A stretch of DNA of 64,000 bases, from assembly GCA_964500725.1 (NCBI GenBank), contig CAZCNP010000001.1, positions 766 to 64,765 on the forward strand, given 5' to 3'. A program made the translations under genes and the position numbers. A model generated the notes under the pieces. That model ran no database searches. It was not told the DNA's origin and worked only from the letters and a program-made list of their open reading frames with translations. This DNA is from an uncultured Gammaproteobacteria bacterium (GTDB lineage Bacteria > Patescibacteriota > Microgenomatia > Daviesbacterales > UBA10151). Below, one piece after another: positions 61,323 through 64,000 of this stretch. Numbering within the stretch: position 1 is the first letter of the stretch; every line of letters starts with the position of its first letter.

Positions 61323-61745
61323 TTAAAGAGCTTTTAAAAACCCTTTTGTCTCCTTAATAGTTTTATCAGGAATATTTTTAAAATATGCATATTTGCTTGC
61401 TTGTCTATCAAGCTTGATTTGGGTACTTTTAAGCTTAACTAAAAGTTCTACTGCAAGCGCATGTCCAAAAATAGTGGATTTGCCAAAATATTCCACAATA
61501 CCTAAATATTTTTCCACCTTTGCTTTTACCCCAAGCTCTACCTGAGATATCCTTTCTGCAGCTTCTTCCAAAGTTTCGCCATGAAGAACTGATCCTCCAG
61601 GAAGATGCCAAAAATCTTTAGAAGGAGGAATATTTCTTAAGGTAAGCAAAATACCATCATTGCTTTTCACTATTAGCTCTACACAAAGCCTGGGAGCTTT
61701 TTTATAAATATTTCTAAATTCTTCTGATGTCAGTTGTCTAGGCAT
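61323..61745 (-). CDS. NUDIX hydrolase
   Basis: WHLPGGSVLHGETLEEAAER..ELG. Confidence 0.88.
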   Translation of the reverse strand: MPRQLTSEEFRNIYKKAPRLCVELIVKSNDGILLTLRNIPPSKDFWHLPGGSVLHGETLEEAAERISQVELGVKAKVEKYLGIVEYFGKSTIFGHALAVELLVKLKSTQIKLDRQASKYAYFKNIPDKTIKETKGFLKAL

Positions 61746-61777
61746 ATGGTAATATTAGCATATCGGACTGAAAAACT

Positions 61778-62899
61778 ATGACTCTAGATGAAAAATTTAA
61801 ATTAATAACCAGAAACTTAGAAGAAGTTTTAACTGAAGAAGAACTAAAGACTTTAATAAATTCTGGAACCCCTCTTAAACATTATATTGGCTTTGAAATT
61901 TCTGGAAAATTACATCTAGGATATCTATTTACATTATTAAAAGTTAAAGACTTGCAGGATGCAGGTGCTGAAACAATTATCTGGCTAGCAGATCTGCATT
62001 CAGCTATTAATGATAAATTAGATGGAAATTTAGAAACTATTAAAAGGGTAGCAAGAGGGTATTTTACAGATGCTTTTAAAGCCCTTTTTAAAAGTATCGG
62101 GGGAGATCCAAACAAACTACAGTTTAAGCTTTGTTCTGAAACTTATTCAGAAAACCCAGATTTTTGGCTGACTTTACTAGAGATTGGTAAAACTACCACA
62201 CTAGCCCGTACTAAAAGATCAATCACTATTATGGGTAGGGAACAGTCAGATGATAGCATGCCAACTGATAAACTCTTTTATCCTATTATGCAAGCAGCTG
62301 ATATTTTTCTTTTAGGTGCAAACATTGCCCATGCTGGAATTGACCAAAGGAAAGTACATGTAATTGCCAAAGATGCAGCCATGCAGGTTAAAACCTATCC
62401 TTTGAAAGATATAAGAGGCAATCAAATAAAACCAGTTGCTATTCATCATCCTATTTTACTTAGCCTCAGTGGGCCTACCAAAAGCGAAGGATCCGTAGAT
62501 GAAATGGCCATGAAAAATAAAATGAGCAAGTCTAAACCAGGCAGTGGGATAACTCTCCATGACAGCCCAGAACAAATCAATGCAGCTATAAACCAGGCAT
62601 ATGCCCCAGAAGGAATAGTGGAAGGAAATCCAGTTTTAAATTGGACAAAATACATTATTTTCTATAACCCTGGTTCCAATCTAGAAATTAAAAGACCAGA
62701 AAAGTTTGGAGGAAATATTACCTATACTTCTTATGAAGATCTGGAAAAAGACTATGCTGCAAAAAACTTACATCCACAAGATTTAAAAATGGCTGTAGCA
62801 GAGTGGTTAATTAATAAACTTGAACCAGTAAGAAAATATTTTGAAGATCCAAAAAGAAAAGCAGCTTTAGAAGAGATTGAAAGGTTAACAACAAAATGA
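61778..62899 (+). CDS. tyrS: Tyrosine--tRNA ligase, archaeal/eukaryotic type
   Basis: YIGFEISGKLHLG, YPIMQAAD, GIDQRK, KMSKS, RPEKFGG, LHPQDLK; no S4 domain. Confidence 0.93.
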   Translation: MTLDEKFKLITRNLEEVLTEEELKTLINSGTPLKHYIGFEISGKLHLGYLFTLLKVKDLQDAGAETIIWLADLHSAINDKLDGNLETIKRVARGYFTDAFKALFKSIGGDPNKLQFKLCSETYSENPDFWLTLLEIGKTTTLARTKRSITIMGREQSDDSMPTDKLFYPIMQAADIFLLGANIAHAGIDQRKVHVIAKDAAMQVKTYPLKDIRGNQIKPVAIHHPILLSLSGPTKSEGSVDEMAMKNKMSKSKPGSGITLHDSPEQINAAINQAYAPEGIVEGNPVLNWTKYIIFYNPGSNLEIKRPEKFGGNITYTSYEDLEKDYAAKNLHPQDLKMAVAEWLINKLEPVRKYFEDPKRKAALEEIERLTTK

Positions 62900-63000
62900 T
62901 GAACTCAAAAAAGATGAGAATTTTCTGGATAATTTTATCTGTAATTGCAGGTATTTCAATTATTCTGTTTTCTCTTTTCCCGCTCTTTTCTGCCTTTTAA
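62896..63000 (+). CDS. 34-aa single-TM peptide (DUF4044-like)
   Basis: MMNSKKMRIFWIILSVIAGISIILFSLFPLFSAF, overlaps tyrS stop. Confidence 0.45.
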   Translation: MMNSKKMRIFWIILSVIAGISIILFSLFPLFSAF

Positions 63001-63024
63001 AAGAAACCATAGTATAATTTCCTC

Positions 63025-64000
63025 ATGAAGCTTGGAACTCCACTTGACCAGCTAATAGGAATTGGGCCAGGATTATCTTATAAGCTTAAAAAGTTAAACC
63101 TAAATACCGTAGAAGATCTAATTTATCATTTTCCTTTCAGGTATGATGATTTTTCTGCTATCAAATCTAGTACTGAGGCTCAAATAGGGGAGATTGTAAC
63201 TTTACAAGGGGAAATCTGGTCTATTAAAAATATTTTTACAAGATATGGAAAAGTATTAACCCAGGCAATTTTTAATGATGGACAGTCTCCTGTAGCTTTA
63301 ACATGGTTTAACCAGTCTTGGCTGACAAAACAAATTAAAACAGGGGACAGGCTGCAAATTTCAGGCAAACTCAGTAAGTATAAAGGCAAACTTTCTATCA
63401 TGGCCCCCAAATGGGAAAAACAGCTTCCCACATCGAATGTGGGAATTCATACAGGCAGACTTGTCCCTATCTACCCTGAAACAGAAGGGTTAACTTCTAA
63501 ATGGGTTAGAACAAAAATTGATCAGCTCTTACCTCAAATTGAAAACCAAATCCAAGACCCTTTGCCAAATTTTATTCAAGATAAAATGCTGGATTTACCA
63601 GAAGCAGTTAAAAAGATCCACTTTCCTCAAAATTATGAAGATGTTCAAAAAGCCCAAGAAAGATTAGGTTTTGATGAGCTTTTCTATATTTCTTTAGCTA
63701 CTCAAAAAACCAGACTTGCTTGGAGAGAAAAACCTACTGTTCCTCCTTTGCAAATGTACCCTAATGCCTTAGAGGAATTTATCAAAAAACTGCCTTTTGA
63801 TTTAACTAATGCTCAAAAGAAAGTAATAGATGAAGTTTTGGAGGATTTAAAAAAAGACCAGCCTATGAATAGGATGATCCAAGGTGAAGTAGGCTCAGGA
63901 AAAACAGTAGTTGCTGCTGTAATTATTTACCTGCTACATCTTAATAATTTAAAAACTCTTTTTATGGCCCCCACAGAAATTTTAGCCTTTCAGCACTTTT
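63025..64000 (+). CDS. recG: ATP-dependent DNA helicase RecG (partial, runs off window)
   Basis: GIGP..DLIYHFPFRY, HTGRLVPIYP, QGEVGSGKT, MAPTEILA.QH. Confidence 0.95.
   Translation, partial: MKLGTPLDQLIGIGPGLSYKLKKLNLNTVEDLIYHFPFRYDDFSAIKSSTEAQIGEIVTLQGEIWSIKNIFTRYGKVLTQAIFNDGQSPVALTWFNQSWLTKQIKTGDRLQISGKLSKYKGKLSIMAPKWEKQLPTSNVGIHTGRLVPIYPETEGLTSKWVRTKIDQLLPQIENQIQDPLPNFIQDKMLDLPEAVKKIHFPQNYEDVQKAQERLGFDELFYISLATQKTRLAWREKPTVPPLQMYPNALEEFIKKLPFDLTNAQKKVIDEVLEDLKKDQPMNRMIQGEVGSGKTVVAAVIIYLLHLNNLKTLFMAPTEILAFQHF
63425..63445 (+). repeat. REP-like palindrome inside recG
   Basis: TTCCCACATCGAATGTGGGAA. Confidence 0.8.

Overview
AT-rich chromosomal window from a bacterium that looks like CPR/Patescibacteria (Microgenomates-like: short AtpH and PheT, archaeal-type TyrRS with a C1:G72 tRNA-Tyr, many apparently leaderless genes; standard code 11). 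Bases 1 to ~15,000 are an integrated phage-satellite/prophage-like element whose left end is outside the window. It carries a tyrosine integrase, a P4-type primase-helicase with iterons, a bS21 homolog, a terS-like gene, two large virion/ejection-like proteins and a DNRLRE protein. It sits at a tRNA-Val(TAC) that appears broken at the anticodon loop and replaced by a complete, recoded tRNA-Val. The rest is host DNA: yvcK, murT-gatD, thrS-infC-rpmI-rplT, pheST, PBP1A, GT2 cluster, atp operon, tyrS, recG, and five further intact tRNAs. Two small-repeat systems run through the host DNA. (i) A four-helix-bundle gene flanked by inverted 7-8-mer arrays has an ORF-less copy in the atpA-atpG spacer, and similar 7-bp-period arrays lie in frame inside essential genes. 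(ii) A RAYT/Y1 transposase has a 21-bp palindrome present six times, four of them in frame inside proteins. Also seen: a leader-peptide attenuator upstream of thrS, a CUG-started infC, an unannotated basic 49-aa ORF between rpmI and rplT, and a 34-bp element shared by two glycosyltransferase leaders. All family calls come from motif recognition by eye; no searches were run.
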